Source of the DNA: a virus
Taxonomy: Duplodnaviria; Caudoviricetes
Length of the DNA stretch: 64,000 nucleotides
IMG/VR virus record: IMGVR_UViG_3300014204_000120
Location: 1-64,000 of that record
Strand: one strand, 5' to 3'
Below are positions 48,996 through 58,986 of this stretch, one piece after another. Position 1 is the first letter of the stretch; every line of letters begins with the position of its first letter. A program made the position numbers and the translations under genes. Below the pieces are notes generated by a model. It was given only the letters and a program-made list of their open reading frames with translations. It was not told the origin of the DNA and searched no databases.

Positions 48996-51539
48996 ATGTC
49001 AACTTCTGCAATTTATGTAGACATATCAAATGATTTAGATGCAACGCCTGGAACAGGTACCTCTGCATCACCATTTAATTACGTTCAATGTCAAGACCAT
49101 TATTATGATGTGAGTGGTTTTGATCTACATATAATTTATTATATGAAAGGTTTGCGACAAATAACACAAGACGAAGATTTGACTAATTATGGTTCAACTT
49201 CTGCTAATCCAATTTCAGCATCATTTCTACCTTGGGATATGTCAACGTATGGTCCTTGGATTATAAGTGCTGTTAATGGAACAGGAGAATATGCCACACT
49301 GCCTTATTGGAATTTTGAAATTTATAACGAATATGATGATGGAACTTCACAATTAGTTGTCGATGGTTTAGTTGTCCACGTTTATGATTTTACATTTTGG
49401 ACTGTAAATAATACAGCACCTGAGATGAGTGGATTTCAACACGTTTTAAAAAATTCTTATATTTATGTTAGTCATGCTGGGAAAATTTATCTAGACGAAT
49501 TAGCTATAAATCCAGTTAAAATTCTAGGATGTACTTTTAAAATTAGATATAATAAAACCATGTATATATATCAAACGGCACCTCTTGATTTTGTTGATTG
49601 TTTTTTTGATGAGTTAAGTCAATATGGTTTATATTATTATAGTGTTGATGTATCTGCTGTTAGTTTTAGTGGTTGTTATTTTGTTAATGATTTATCGGCG
49701 ACTGTTGCAACGGATTATCAGCTTTCATCACTTAATTTAGACGATGATTGCGTAACTTCATTTGAATTAAGTCAATCAATATCAGGATTTCAGAATATAA
49801 CAGATACAAATTATACAGATTATGATTATACGAATTATGGTTTATCAGCTATTACTGATACAGATATTATAAATCGTTGGACAACATTAGACTATAACGA
49901 CGGATTTTTTAGTTCATCTAGACAATCCGTAGGAGCTTTTTATTTTCATATGCCACCTTTTAACGTTAATGTATTATATACAGTTTATCCAAAACTAAGT
50001 TTTGTTAATAATGATTTTATATTTTCTGCTAATTTAGAGCCAACTGGTACATTTGATCCAACTTGGACATCAGCATATACTGTGTTATATGGAGATGGTC
50101 AATATTTTACATCAACATCAGCTATAGAAGTAACAAGATCATATGCTAATAGAGGTAACTATGTTTCGATTCATAATTATAAAATAACCAGTGCAACAGG
50201 CGAAACATACTATAATAATACAAGCGCTATTGGTAATATTAAAGTTAATCCTATACCAGAAATAGCTTTTACAGGATATTCATATGTTTTATCAGGTCTT
50301 AGTTTTTATGATGTTAAAGGTGGATATTATATAACTGATACTGTTGTTAGTGCTAATTGGGATTTCGGTGATGGGAGTTTATCTAGTACTACTGATTTAG
50401 ATGCAATATTAATTCATAGTTATAGTGCTGTTGGTAATTATACAGTATCAGTATCGGCATATGATGTTAGTGGTAATGTTGGTGTTGGTAGTGATGTTGT
50501 TGGTATATTAGAAGGGGCTAATTGTGTATCTAAGGAAGATTATATAACTTTATGCGGTCCTGGTTCAAGTTTAGCGCGATATGGTAATAGTAGATTTATT
50601 GATTTAAAAACTTATTTACCTGATTATTTAAAAGATGGTGAAGTAGAAGAATTTATAGAAGTCTTTGAAGACTTTTTAAACGAAATGTATGATGGTCAAG
50701 ATGGATGGATAAATAGTGCTACTTCAGAATTACCCATAACAGAAACGTGGAATTCAAATAGTGCAACTTCAGGAGGTCCAACTAGAGACTTTACATACGA
50801 TATAAGTGGTACTACTGTTGATACTGAAGCTACAGATGCAGAACAAATAATAGTTGATTGGCCTGTAAATAGTATGTCAGCTTCTCCTAAAATATCAATA
50901 TTAGAAAAAGTATATAGATTAACAGAATTGCATGATCCTGATTTAATAGATTTGGAATATATACAATACTTTGCTAAAAACTTAGGATATAACGTAAATG
51001 TATATCGTGATGAATTAGGCATTAGCGGAACGTATGCTTCATCTACATCAGCAAATTCAGCATGTACTGATAATGAAACTAATAGATATATACGATTTGT
51101 AGTACAAAATTTGCCAACGTGGTATAAAATTAAAACAACAAGAAATGCTATAAAAGTTATGCTTTATTCTTTTGGATTAGTTGGAGATATTTTGGAATAC
51201 TATACTTCAAACTATAAATCATATCCCGAAGGTCAATGGAAACTTGACTCTGAAACAGATTTAAGAAATATTCCTGATAACTGGTATCCTACACCGCATT
51301 TTGCTCTTTTAGTAGATTTAGATACAAGTACTGATATATCATTTGATTTATCACGTAGAGATAAAGTTATTAGAGCTATTGAATCCATTAGACCAATTAA
51401 TACTGTTTTTAAAAGATTAGTAGGATATGCTAAAAGAACATTTGAATTAACTACAGCTGCTTGGATTAGAATGACTAGATATACTGATATTAGATCTGAT
51501 GGTTATAGTAATAGCTGGTGGGATGGAACGTGGTATTAA
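48996..51539 (+). CDS. Baseplate wedge gp7/P2 gpI-like domain fused to beta-helix-like and PKD modules
   Basis: IYVD..GTSASPFN; NWDFGDG PKD; DPDLIDLEYIQYFAKNLGY...WYKIKTT..AI...L..FG...IRPINT. Confidence 0.7.
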   Translation: MSTSAIYVDISNDLDATPGTGTSASPFNYVQCQDHYYDVSGFDLHIIYYMKGLRQITQDEDLTNYGSTSANPISASFLPWDMSTYGPWIISAVNGTGEYATLPYWNFEIYNEYDDGTSQLVVDGLVVHVYDFTFWTVNNTAPEMSGFQHVLKNSYIYVSHAGKIYLDELAINPVKILGCTFKIRYNKTMYIYQTAPLDFVDCFFDELSQYGLYYYSVDVSAVSFSGCYFVNDLSATVATDYQLSSLNLDDDCVTSFELSQSISGFQNITDTNYTDYDYTNYGLSAITDTDIINRWTTLDYNDGFFSSSRQSVGAFYFHMPPFNVNVLYTVYPKLSFVNNDFIFSANLEPTGTFDPTWTSAYTVLYGDGQYFTSTSAIEVTRSYANRGNYVSIHNYKITSATGETYYNNTSAIGNIKVNPIPEIAFTGYSYVLSGLSFYDVKGGYYITDTVVSANWDFGDGSLSSTTDLDAILIHSYSAVGNYTVSVSAYDVSGNVGVGSDVVGILEGANCVSKEDYITLCGPGSSLARYGNSRFIDLKTYLPDYLKDGEVEEFIEVFEDFLNEMYDGQDGWINSATSELPITETWNSNSATSGGPTRDFTYDISGTTVDTEATDAEQIIVDWPVNSMSASPKISILEKVYRLTELHDPDLIDLEYIQYFAKNLGYNVNVYRDELGISGTYASSTSANSACTDNETNRYIRFVVQNLPTWYKIKTTRNAIKVMLYSFGLVGDILEYYTSNYKSYPEGQWKLDSETDLRNIPDNWYPTPHFALLVDLDTSTDISFDLSRRDKVIRAIESIRPINTVFKRLVGYAKRTFELTTAAWIRMTRYTDIRSDGYSNSWWDGTWY

Positions 51540-51578
51540 TATAAATATTAATATAATAAGAATTTAAGGAGTTTTATA

Positions 51579-53912
51579 ATGGCTAATGTTATGCTTACAA
51601 GAGCTGGTTTGCAATATGTACTATCAGCACATGATGATGGTGTTTATGTAGATGTTAGATACTTTATACCAGTATATGATGATAGAATAGACCCAACACT
51701 TAGAACTACAGGTGCGCTTTCTTCTATAGCTCAAATTGCGGATGAAACTGCAACTGCACCTTATGGTGAAAAAATATGGAATATATCAGGTTATTCGTTA
51801 TCTGATACGGATGATTATGTTATTTCTGCTGTAGCTTTTACTAGTGATAGATTAGTAGATTCATATCAAAAAGTTCAAGTCAATACGAATTTATATGGTA
51901 TTGTACCATTATCTACACAAATTAGCGGAATGGCTTTTGCTGTATCTGCTGGTTCAATGGCAGGATATTATGATTGGGATGTGACTGGTGGAGGAGTTGT
52001 AACGGGAAATAATGATAGACCTACTAGCGCAGATGATGATTATTTTGTTGTTACTGATTATTATCCAGTATATGATTCTGCTGCTGAAGAAAGATTACGT
52101 GGTGTATTTAAAGCAGAAATTAATAAGAGAATGGGTAAATTTAAGTTTAATAAAATAGCTATGTATGCAGTACAGGTTGATACTGATGGTGTGGTTTTGG
52201 GTAGTTGCTTCTTTGGTGAGGCTTATTTAGATACTCCAGTTGTTAAAACAGAATTAGCAACTGATGGTTTTGATAACTTTATATTTGATATTCAGATAGA
52301 TTTAAGCGGAACTTCTGCTACATGGAATGATGTGTTCTTTTCAAGTTCGGCGGATTATTGGAGTCATAGCCCGGGTGGATTGTATTATTCCGGTCGTATA
52401 GGTGTAGGTAATTTTACGGGTGATGTTAGAGAAATTAGTGCCACTGCACATTTTAAGAAATCAAGAGATGTTAGTGGAACAGTTGATAATGATATACCTA
52501 CATTAAGATTAGATTATGACGCTTCTAGATTTGTATCAATGGATGTTGTAAGTGGCGGTTATTTTGTTTCTGGTACAAATGGTGGAGACTTAGTTATTCA
52601 AGTTTCTGATTGGTCTACTTATTGTGGTGAAACTATTGCAATAAGACCTAAAGTAGCTAGAACTATAGCTTTAGGAACTACAACTTATCCATATGAGAGA
52701 GTAGCATTAAATGATAATAGATTACATGCTATTGATGTAAATAATGGCCAGGTTAAAATAGGCAAACTTAACGGTTATTCAGAATCAGATTATTATGGTA
52801 TTCCATCAATATATTTAAGTGATTTAGCAGTAGAAATTACTGCAACATCAGACGGATCAACTGGTTCTGATATAAACGGTGCGTATATTGGTGGGGATTT
52901 ATTTAGAAAGTATCAAAATCTATTTATTTTCACAACATTTTATTGTAATACTGGAAATGAATATTATGATAGAGATATTGCTATAGTTGCTGGTTTAGAC
53001 GCAAGTGGAACATATAGTGCAGTTGGAACTCCTTCAGCGAAGATTAATCACATGTCTTTAACCAGACAACTTTTAAATAGTCAGAATTTTAGTTCTAATG
53101 TTGCTAGCGCTGCTGAAATTCATTTAGCTGCTAAAGGCGGTATTAAACTACATGGTGTTTTAGAATTAGAAAATATTAGAAATAGTTATGTTACAGATAG
53201 TGTAACTTATACACCTAATAATGCAATGATAATATCTAAGCAAAATAATTTGTTATTAGTAGCAGGATTAAATTCATTAGTAGATTATGATACATTAAAC
53301 ACATATTTTGCAACAAGATCTGAGTATATGAGTTCTTGGTTGACATCTACTAGTCAATTATTATTAATGGGTAAGACTATTTCTACTATTGGTAATATTA
53401 AACCGTGGATTACTAATACTGATGATATTGGGTCTTTATCACTTAAATATAAAGGTTTATATGTTGAAAATGCAAGAGTAACAGCTTTAACAGTAAACAC
53501 TATTGGAGTAACTCAACTAGGAGCTTCTGAAATAACAGCAACAAATTTGACAGCTACAAATCTTGTTACAACAAACGGTTTTAGAATGTTATCAACTGAT
53601 ACACCACTAAAATATTATGTAAAAAACGTAATGTTAGGTACTTTAGTTGCTAATACTAATACTTTAGTGGATACTATAACCGGATTAGGTTCAATGAATA
53701 TTTTTGGATATAATATCACAATTTTAGATGGTGTTAAGTATTTTCCTCCAGGTTATGAAACATCAGATCATCCATTAATATACTCATATTCTACTTTTAT
53801 TAATCAGGCTGTTGGAGGAGAAACAACATATATAAATATAATTCCAAAAGCTACAACTTTTTCTAATTGTCCTTGTTATATTGTTATATTTTATCAAACC
53901 GCTACAGGATAA
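51579..53912 (+). CDS. Baseplate-attached fibre/receptor-binding protein
   Basis: N-terminal LTRAGL and G.FKFNKIAMYA resemble fibre base domains; DIGS..LKY..LY fibre motif. Confidence 0.55.
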   Translation: MANVMLTRAGLQYVLSAHDDGVYVDVRYFIPVYDDRIDPTLRTTGALSSIAQIADETATAPYGEKIWNISGYSLSDTDDYVISAVAFTSDRLVDSYQKVQVNTNLYGIVPLSTQISGMAFAVSAGSMAGYYDWDVTGGGVVTGNNDRPTSADDDYFVVTDYYPVYDSAAEERLRGVFKAEINKRMGKFKFNKIAMYAVQVDTDGVVLGSCFFGEAYLDTPVVKTELATDGFDNFIFDIQIDLSGTSATWNDVFFSSSADYWSHSPGGLYYSGRIGVGNFTGDVREISATAHFKKSRDVSGTVDNDIPTLRLDYDASRFVSMDVVSGGYFVSGTNGGDLVIQVSDWSTYCGETIAIRPKVARTIALGTTTYPYERVALNDNRLHAIDVNNGQVKIGKLNGYSESDYYGIPSIYLSDLAVEITATSDGSTGSDINGAYIGGDLFRKYQNLFIFTTFYCNTGNEYYDRDIAIVAGLDASGTYSAVGTPSAKINHMSLTRQLLNSQNFSSNVASAAEIHLAAKGGIKLHGVLELENIRNSYVTDSVTYTPNNAMIISKQNNLLLVAGLNSLVDYDTLNTYFATRSEYMSSWLTSTSQLLLMGKTISTIGNIKPWITNTDDIGSLSLKYKGLYVENARVTALTVNTIGVTQLGASEITATNLTATNLVTTNGFRMLSTDTPLKYYVKNVMLGTLVANTNTLVDTITGLGSMNIFGYNITILDGVKYFPPGYETSDHPLIYSYSTFINQAVGGETTYINIIPKATTFSNCPCYIVIFYQTATG

Positions 53913-53928
53913 AGGAGTTTAAATTGAT

Positions 53929-54450
53929 ATGAAAACAAAGTTGACGCGTGAAAGGATTTTTCAGATTTGGTTTGTTTTAACTAATCTAAAAGTTCCAGAA
54001 AATGAGATGTTGGATAAAAGGTTTGACTATGCTAAAAATAGAACCTTAGATAGTTTAACACCAGAAGTAACTGAGATTGTTAAAGCAAGAAAGTCTGGTA
54101 TTCCTAAATATGATGAGTTTGATATAAAACGAAAAGAAATATTGATGAAGTATGCTAGTAAAGACGAACAAGGTAATCCAGTTATTAATGGTAATCAATT
54201 TTCTATTAATGGTGAAAATTTGGAAGAAGCTAATAAATCATTAAATGAATTAATAGAAACATATAAAGAAGCTTTAGATGAAAGACAAAAAGAGATTGAT
54301 ATTTATAACGAGATTATTAATGAAGAAATAGAAATAGATATTACTCCAGTTTCATTTATTGCATTACCAACGTTTGTTAAAGAAGAGTTTACTAAGGTTA
54401 TTAGACCAATGATTAAAGAAACAGATGAAGAAATTGAGGGATTATTATAA
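53929..54450 (+). CDS. Putative fibre-associated chaperone, paralogue of 33238-33774
   Basis: EFDIKR.EI..KYA.KDEQGNPVINGN. Confidence 0.55.
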   Translation: MKTKLTRERIFQIWFVLTNLKVPENEMLDKRFDYAKNRTLDSLTPEVTEIVKARKSGIPKYDEFDIKRKEILMKYASKDEQGNPVINGNQFSINGENLEEANKSLNELIETYKEALDERQKEIDIYNEIINEEIEIDITPVSFIALPTFVKEEFTKVIRPMIKETDEEIEGLL

Positions 54451-54992
54451 TGGCTACTGAGACAATGTTTCCTAATTTGTTTCATAGTAGTAATTGGCAA
54501 GTTAATTTTTCTAACATGCCAGCACTTGAATCAATTAGAGATATGCGACTATATGATAATCTAGTTAAAAGTGTAACATTTCCTGATTATAATATGTCTG
54601 AGATATATTCTGATTTTATGGGATTTAGAGTTCGTCATCCAGAAGCACCTAAGATTAATGTAGATTTATCCCAGATACAAATAAGTTTTAAATTATCAGA
54701 AGATATGAGGAATTATATATACTTATTTGAGTGGATGAAGGCTATGAAGGCTGGAGATGTGACTGATTTTAGTTCAGAAGAAGATTTATTTAGAAAAAAC
54801 ACTATAAAATCAATTTCACTAAATATATTAGACAATCAGAAAAGAACAGTAGCGGTGTGGAGATTTACAGAGGCATTTTTATTAAGTTTAAGTTCATTGG
54901 CTTTAGATAATGGTATAAGTGAAGAAGTTACTTTTACTTGTAATTTTTCATATGAACAAATTTTATATGAGAAGAAGAATGTGCTAACATAA
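54450..54992 (+). CDS. Tail completion / tube-fold protein (gp3-like)
   Basis: VKSVTFP, F.LSEDM.NY..LFEWM, LNILDN, RF.EAF..SLS.L..D....TF...FSY. Confidence 0.7.
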   Translation: MATETMFPNLFHSSNWQVNFSNMPALESIRDMRLYDNLVKSVTFPDYNMSEIYSDFMGFRVRHPEAPKINVDLSQIQISFKLSEDMRNYIYLFEWMKAMKAGDVTDFSSEEDLFRKNTIKSISLNILDNQKRTVAVWRFTEAFLLSLSSLALDNGISEEVTFTCNFSYEQILYEKKNVLT

Positions 54993-55002
54993 TGGAGCAT
55001 CT

Positions 55003-55395
55003 ATGAATATTGAAAAAATTAAGGATAGTTTATTAGAAATTAAGTTATTAGTTGATATGAAGGTAGTAGCAGAAACGCTTTCACGCATAGGGATTGCTAA
55101 TAAGAAGCAGAAAATTTTATATCCTTCGTGTTATGTTATTGAAAACGATTCTAAGTATTATCTAGCACATTTCAAACAGTTATTTTTATTAGCAAGGAAT
55201 AGTGCTTATAATGCAATATGTGACGATGATATATTGAGAAGGAATGCAATAGCTTTTTGTTTAAAGGAGTGGGAATTGATAGATGTACAGGATGAATTGA
55301 TAGTTCCTCATAATAAATACATATATGTGTTACCTTATAGTCAGAAGAATGAATGGAGTATAAAGCATAAATTTAATTTAAGAAGCTTAATTTGA
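55003..55395 (+). CDS. regA: Translational repressor RegA
   Basis: ETLSRIGIA.KK.K.LY.SC...YY..HFK.LF.L...RRN.IA..L..W.LI matches the T4 RegA family. Confidence 0.9.
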   Translation: MNIEKIKDSLLEIKLLVDMKVVAETLSRIGIANKKQKILYPSCYVIENDSKYYLAHFKQLFLLARNSAYNAICDDDILRRNAIAFCLKEWELIDVQDELIVPHNKYIYVLPYSQKNEWSIKHKFNLRSLI

Positions 55396-55426
55396 TATTA
55401 AATAATATAAATACTAAGGTGAAATA

Positions 55427-55618
55427 ATGACATATAATAGAGATGAACGGTTAATGTCACGAATAGACGAAAATGATATAGAGGATTTTCAGACATACGA
55501 GATATATTATAAGTTGTTTGAAAGCGAAGATGAACCAAAAGAGTTAGATTTTAATAGTAGGATAAATAGTAGTGATGATTTTTATTGTGACGAAAATGAA
55601 GAAGAAAGAACCTTCTAA
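55427..55618 (+). CDS. Small acidic hypothetical protein
   Basis: Late promoter 55406 and AAGGTG RBS. Confidence 0.55.
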   Translation: MTYNRDERLMSRIDENDIEDFQTYEIYYKLFESEDEPKELDFNSRINSSDDFYCDENEEERTF

Positions 55619-55641
55619 ATTAAATAGAGAGGAGTAATATT

Positions 55642-57303
55642 ATGCTAGAATTTGCAACTTATTTGAAAGAGACTTTCAATCAGGATGTATCAAAAGCAGA
55701 AGATATAATTAAAGAGAAGTGGAACAAAGTAAAGGCTATTATGAAAGAAGCTTTTGATGGTCCTTATGCTGACAAACAAACAGCATTAAATCGTATACAA
55801 AACGATTTTATTGATAAGACTATTGCTCCTTCAACTATTGATGTAGATTTTTTAAAAAATAATATGGAATATGTAGTTGAAAAGATTAATGCATTGGATG
55901 AAGGTGATATTAAAATTATCATCAACAACGATACAAATAAAAGCGGTAAAGGCGGAATGGCAGAACCAACAGTTACTACAATACCTTCAGTAACACCAAT
56001 CTATACGACAGATGATGAAACTGATATAGATATGGAAACTGAATCTGCTAAGGCTAAAAAGAAAGGTAAGAAAGGCAAGAAAGCCGAAAAGGAAGAGGAA
56101 GAGGAATTAGAAGAAAAGGCAGAGAAACCAGAAGTTCCTGAAGTAACAGACGAACCAGAAGAAACTCCCGAAGTAACTCCTGATGAAGTGATACCGGATA
56201 CGGAACCAGAAGAAACTCCTGAAGAAAAACCAGAAGAAACTGTAGACGAACCAACAGATATAGAAGCCAAAAAACTAACTATCACTGTTGTAGATAATAA
56301 AGTAACAGTTGATCCAGAAAATGAAGATACTGGTTTAGAACATAAAGATTATGAATTTGAATCACCAACACAGGCACAAAAATTCGCCGACTCACTAAAA
56401 CAATTTTTTGGCGAACAAGGATTTGAACTAACTGATAATTCAGAAGAAACTCCCGAAGAAACACCAGAAGAAAAACCTGAAGGTGAAGAAACACCAGAAG
56501 AAAAACCTGAAGGCGAAGAAACTGAAGACGATGTTATTAGTTGGGAAGATGTAGAAGATGAGGAAGTTCCAGATGAAGAAGACGATGAAGATGTTGGTGA
56601 ATCTATTGATATTAATAAATTAGTAGGTAAATTGGTTCGTGTTGGCGATAAATGGTATAATGTAACAAGTATTGCAGAATCTAAATTAGTTTGTGTTGAT
56701 AAAGATGGTAATGAAAGTAAATTTGGTTTAACAGAAGTTGAAGAAGCTGAAGTTGATAAAGCTGAAGAAAAGAAAGAAGAAGACGAAGAAAAAGCTAAGA
56801 AAGAAAAAGAAGAAAAGGAAAAGAAAGAGAAAGAAGAAGCAGATAAGAAAGAAGCTGAAGAAAAAGAAGAAGCTGCTGAAAAAAAGGAAGATGAAAAAGA
56901 AGAAGTCGAAGAAGCATTATCTATAACTAAATTAGCTCGTAGATTTATGTTTGACGATGATGATACTGTAGACGAATCTGAAACACCTAAAATGCCTTCA
57001 GTAGATAAAGCTTTTACTAAAACAAAAGAACCTTCAGCGGCTTTAACTGCTACTCCTAAAAAGCCTAATGAAAAGTTGGAGAAAACTAATAAACCTGAAA
57101 CTATGTCTAAAAAAGCTCCTTCCGCAGCTTTAACTGCTAAACCTTCTAAACCTAAAGAAAAGGTAGAAACTGTTAAGACTCCTAAGGTAGAAAAGAAAGC
57201 TCCACCTAAAGGTAATTTAACAGCTAAACCAGCTAAACCTAATGAGAAAATTGAAACTGTTAAAGCTCCTTCATTTGACGCAGAATATAATAAAAAGCTT
57301 TAA
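55642..57303 (+). CDS. Acidic low-complexity putative head core/internal protein
   Basis: MLEFATYLKE start; EETPEEKPE repeats; three C-terminal P...LTA.P.KP.EK.E repeats. Confidence 0.7.
   Translation: MLEFATYLKETFNQDVSKAEDIIKEKWNKVKAIMKEAFDGPYADKQTALNRIQNDFIDKTIAPSTIDVDFLKNNMEYVVEKINALDEGDIKIIINNDTNKSGKGGMAEPTVTTIPSVTPIYTTDDETDIDMETESAKAKKKGKKGKKAEKEEEEELEEKAEKPEVPEVTDEPEETPEVTPDEVIPDTEPEETPEEKPEETVDEPTDIEAKKLTITVVDNKVTVDPENEDTGLEHKDYEFESPTQAQKFADSLKQFFGEQGFELTDNSEETPEETPEEKPEGEETPEEKPEGEETEDDVISWEDVEDEEVPDEEDDEDVGESIDINKLVGKLVRVGDKWYNVTSIAESKLVCVDKDGNESKFGLTEVEEAEVDKAEEKKEEDEEKAKKEKEEKEKKEKEEADKKEAEEKEEAAEKKEDEKEEVEEALSITKLARRFMFDDDDTVDESETPKMPSVDKAFTKTKEPSAALTATPKKPNEKLEKTNKPETMSKKAPSAALTAKPSKPKEKVETVKTPKVEKKAPPKGNLTAKPAKPNEKIETVKAPSFDAEYNKKL
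56455..56522 (+). repeat. 30-bp coding tandem repeat (EETPEEKPEG)
   Basis: GAAGAAACACCAGAAGAAAAACCTGAAGG(T/C) twice plus a partial copy. Confidence 0.85.
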
Positions 57304-57325
57304 ATTAGAGTTGAATACATTTAAA

Positions 57326-57440
57326 AAAAGTAATCCAAGATGGTTTTGTAAAACGCCTATTGGATAGAGGTTCTGTGTTTGAGCCGTATAAAATCAATTT
57401 GATTTTATTAAAAAATTCTAATTAAATAGAATTTATAACA
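57326..57440 (+). ncRNA. Orphan copy of the TnpB omega-RNA scaffold
   Basis: About 60 nt nearly identical to 21838-21897 with compensatory changes, then two structurally equivalent hairpins and TAACA; no tnpB nearby. Confidence 0.7.
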
Positions 57441-57477
57441 TAACATAAGAAACAGTAATCACTAATGTAGTCAACTT

Positions 57478-57516
57478 AAAAAGTCTATCATTTAATTTTG
57501 ATAGGCTTTTTGTTTT
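57478..57516 (+). terminator. Rho-independent terminator
   Basis: AAGTCTATCA / TGATAGGCTT stem plus T-tract, followed by late promoter 57517. Confidence 0.75.
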
Positions 57517-57543
57517 TATAAATACTATGTAAGGAATATACTT

Positions 57544-57933
57544 ATGCATTTTAAAGACTTTTATTTATTACAAGAAAAGAAGTTTTTAACAATATCTAAT
57601 CAAAAAATTGAAATAGATATTGAAAACTTAGACTTATATAGTACAAGTCATTCAGATCAACAAATGAATCGACTTGATAATTATAAACGAATGAATATTA
57701 CAGAAGATGAAATTATTAAAGACTTAGAAAAAGCATTACCTAAAATAATGAATGATTATGCTAACGGTGAAATAGAAAATGAAGCTGAATTTTTAGTTAA
57801 GAATAAAGAAACTAAGTTAAACATTATTGGTGCTCTTAAAATGCGTAAAGGCAAGGACTTTATATCTATCATTACAGTTATGAGAAAACCTGGTTATATT
57901 CCTAAAGATGGTACGTATACTTATGAGATATAA
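57544..57933 (+). CDS. Putative internal protein
   Basis: MHFKDFYLLQE start; IITVMRK C-terminal motif. Confidence 0.6.
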   Translation: MHFKDFYLLQEKKFLTISNQKIEIDIENLDLYSTSHSDQQMNRLDNYKRMNITEDEIIKDLEKALPKIMNDYANGEIENEAEFLVKNKETKLNIIGALKMRKGKDFISIITVMRKPGYIPKDGTYTYEI

Positions 57934-57934
57934 T

Positions 57935-58318
57935 ATGAAATTTACTGAATATTATAATTTAAATGAATCTATTGTTATAAAAGCATATCATGGTAGTCGT
58001 GAGAATAAAATTAAAGATTTTAATGTTAGAGATAGTGAAGCACTTAGAGTTTCGGGTATATACTTTTCAAAAAATAAAGAAGAAGCTAAGAAATATACTA
58101 AAATTAAAGGAATACAAGACGAAAATAGAATTACAACAGTAGAAATAACATTTAAAAATCCGGCAGATAGAGAAGTTTTAGATAAGTTAGGTTATCGTTT
58201 AAATGGAATGGAAATGAAAAATAAATTAATTTCAATGGGATATGATGGCGTTATTGATGATTTTATGGATGAAATAGTTGTATTTAATAAAAATCAAATT
58301 AAGGTATTGGATGTATAA
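57935..58318 (+). CDS. Putative internal protein, ADP-ribosyltransferase-like
   Basis: MKFTEYYNLNE start (ATG 57935); AYHGS...GIYFS....A..Y...GYDGVI...EIVVF..NQIK (H-Y-E ART pattern). Confidence 0.65.
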   Translation: MKFTEYYNLNESIVIKAYHGSRENKIKDFNVRDSEALRVSGIYFSKNKEEAKKYTKIKGIQDENRITTVEITFKNPADREVLDKLGYRLNGMEMKNKLISMGYDGVIDDFMDEIVVFNKNQIKVLDV

Positions 58319-58321
58319 ACC

Positions 58322-58948
58322 ATGAAATTTACTGATTATTATGACTTAAATGAACGATTAGGTAGTGAATTTAGAAACTTAATAGTTGTAGATGTTCAGC
58401 CTTTATATGAAGAAAATATTACAAAAAAGTTTTCAATAGAAGATTTTGGTAATTTTCTTACTACTATAAAGAAGAATATATTATATTTCTATAACGGTCC
58501 TGAAACTATTGATAGTGAAGACTCTTCTGAAGCTATAACTGGATGGTTAATTGAAAATAATCCTGATCTAGAAAACTTTGAATGGGATAAAGTAACATGG
58601 CAAGATAAGGGATACGCGTTCTATAGGGGTTGGATGGATTATGGTATAACAGATAATGGAATGAAACAAGCTTTACGTTATATGGCTATTAATAGAAAAC
58701 ATGATTCTAGAGATATACCTGTAGATGTATGGAAAAATGTATTGCCAGCTATTGATTATAAGCATTTAAAAGATATAATAGAAACAGAACCAATATGGGA
58801 ACCAGATATTAGTATAAGTGAACTGAAGGATAATTGGGATGGTTCTTTAATTTGCGGCGGTGGACAAAACGAGTGCCTTAAGGAAATACAATTATTACTT
58901 AATGCATTTAATATTAATTATAAGTTAGTTGATAGTTTTATATATTAA
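58322..58948 (+). CDS. Putative internal protein, isochorismatase/cysteine-hydrolase-like
   Basis: MKFTDYYDLNE start; LIVVDVQP, DKGY, CGGGQNECL give a D-K-C triad pattern. Confidence 0.55.
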   Translation: MKFTDYYDLNERLGSEFRNLIVVDVQPLYEENITKKFSIEDFGNFLTTIKKNILYFYNGPETIDSEDSSEAITGWLIENNPDLENFEWDKVTWQDKGYAFYRGWMDYGITDNGMKQALRYMAINRKHDSRDIPVDVWKNVLPAIDYKHLKDIIETEPIWEPDISISELKDNWDGSLICGGGQNECLKEIQLLLNAFNINYKLVDSFIY

Positions 58949-58986
58949 ATTCAAGTATTATAAATAGTTAATAGGAGAATTCAATA

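Noticed and set aside
56001-56926. Overlapping Ser-rich, Leu-rich and Lys-rich ORFs
   Set aside because: Alternative-frame readings of the GAA-rich low-complexity 55642 gene
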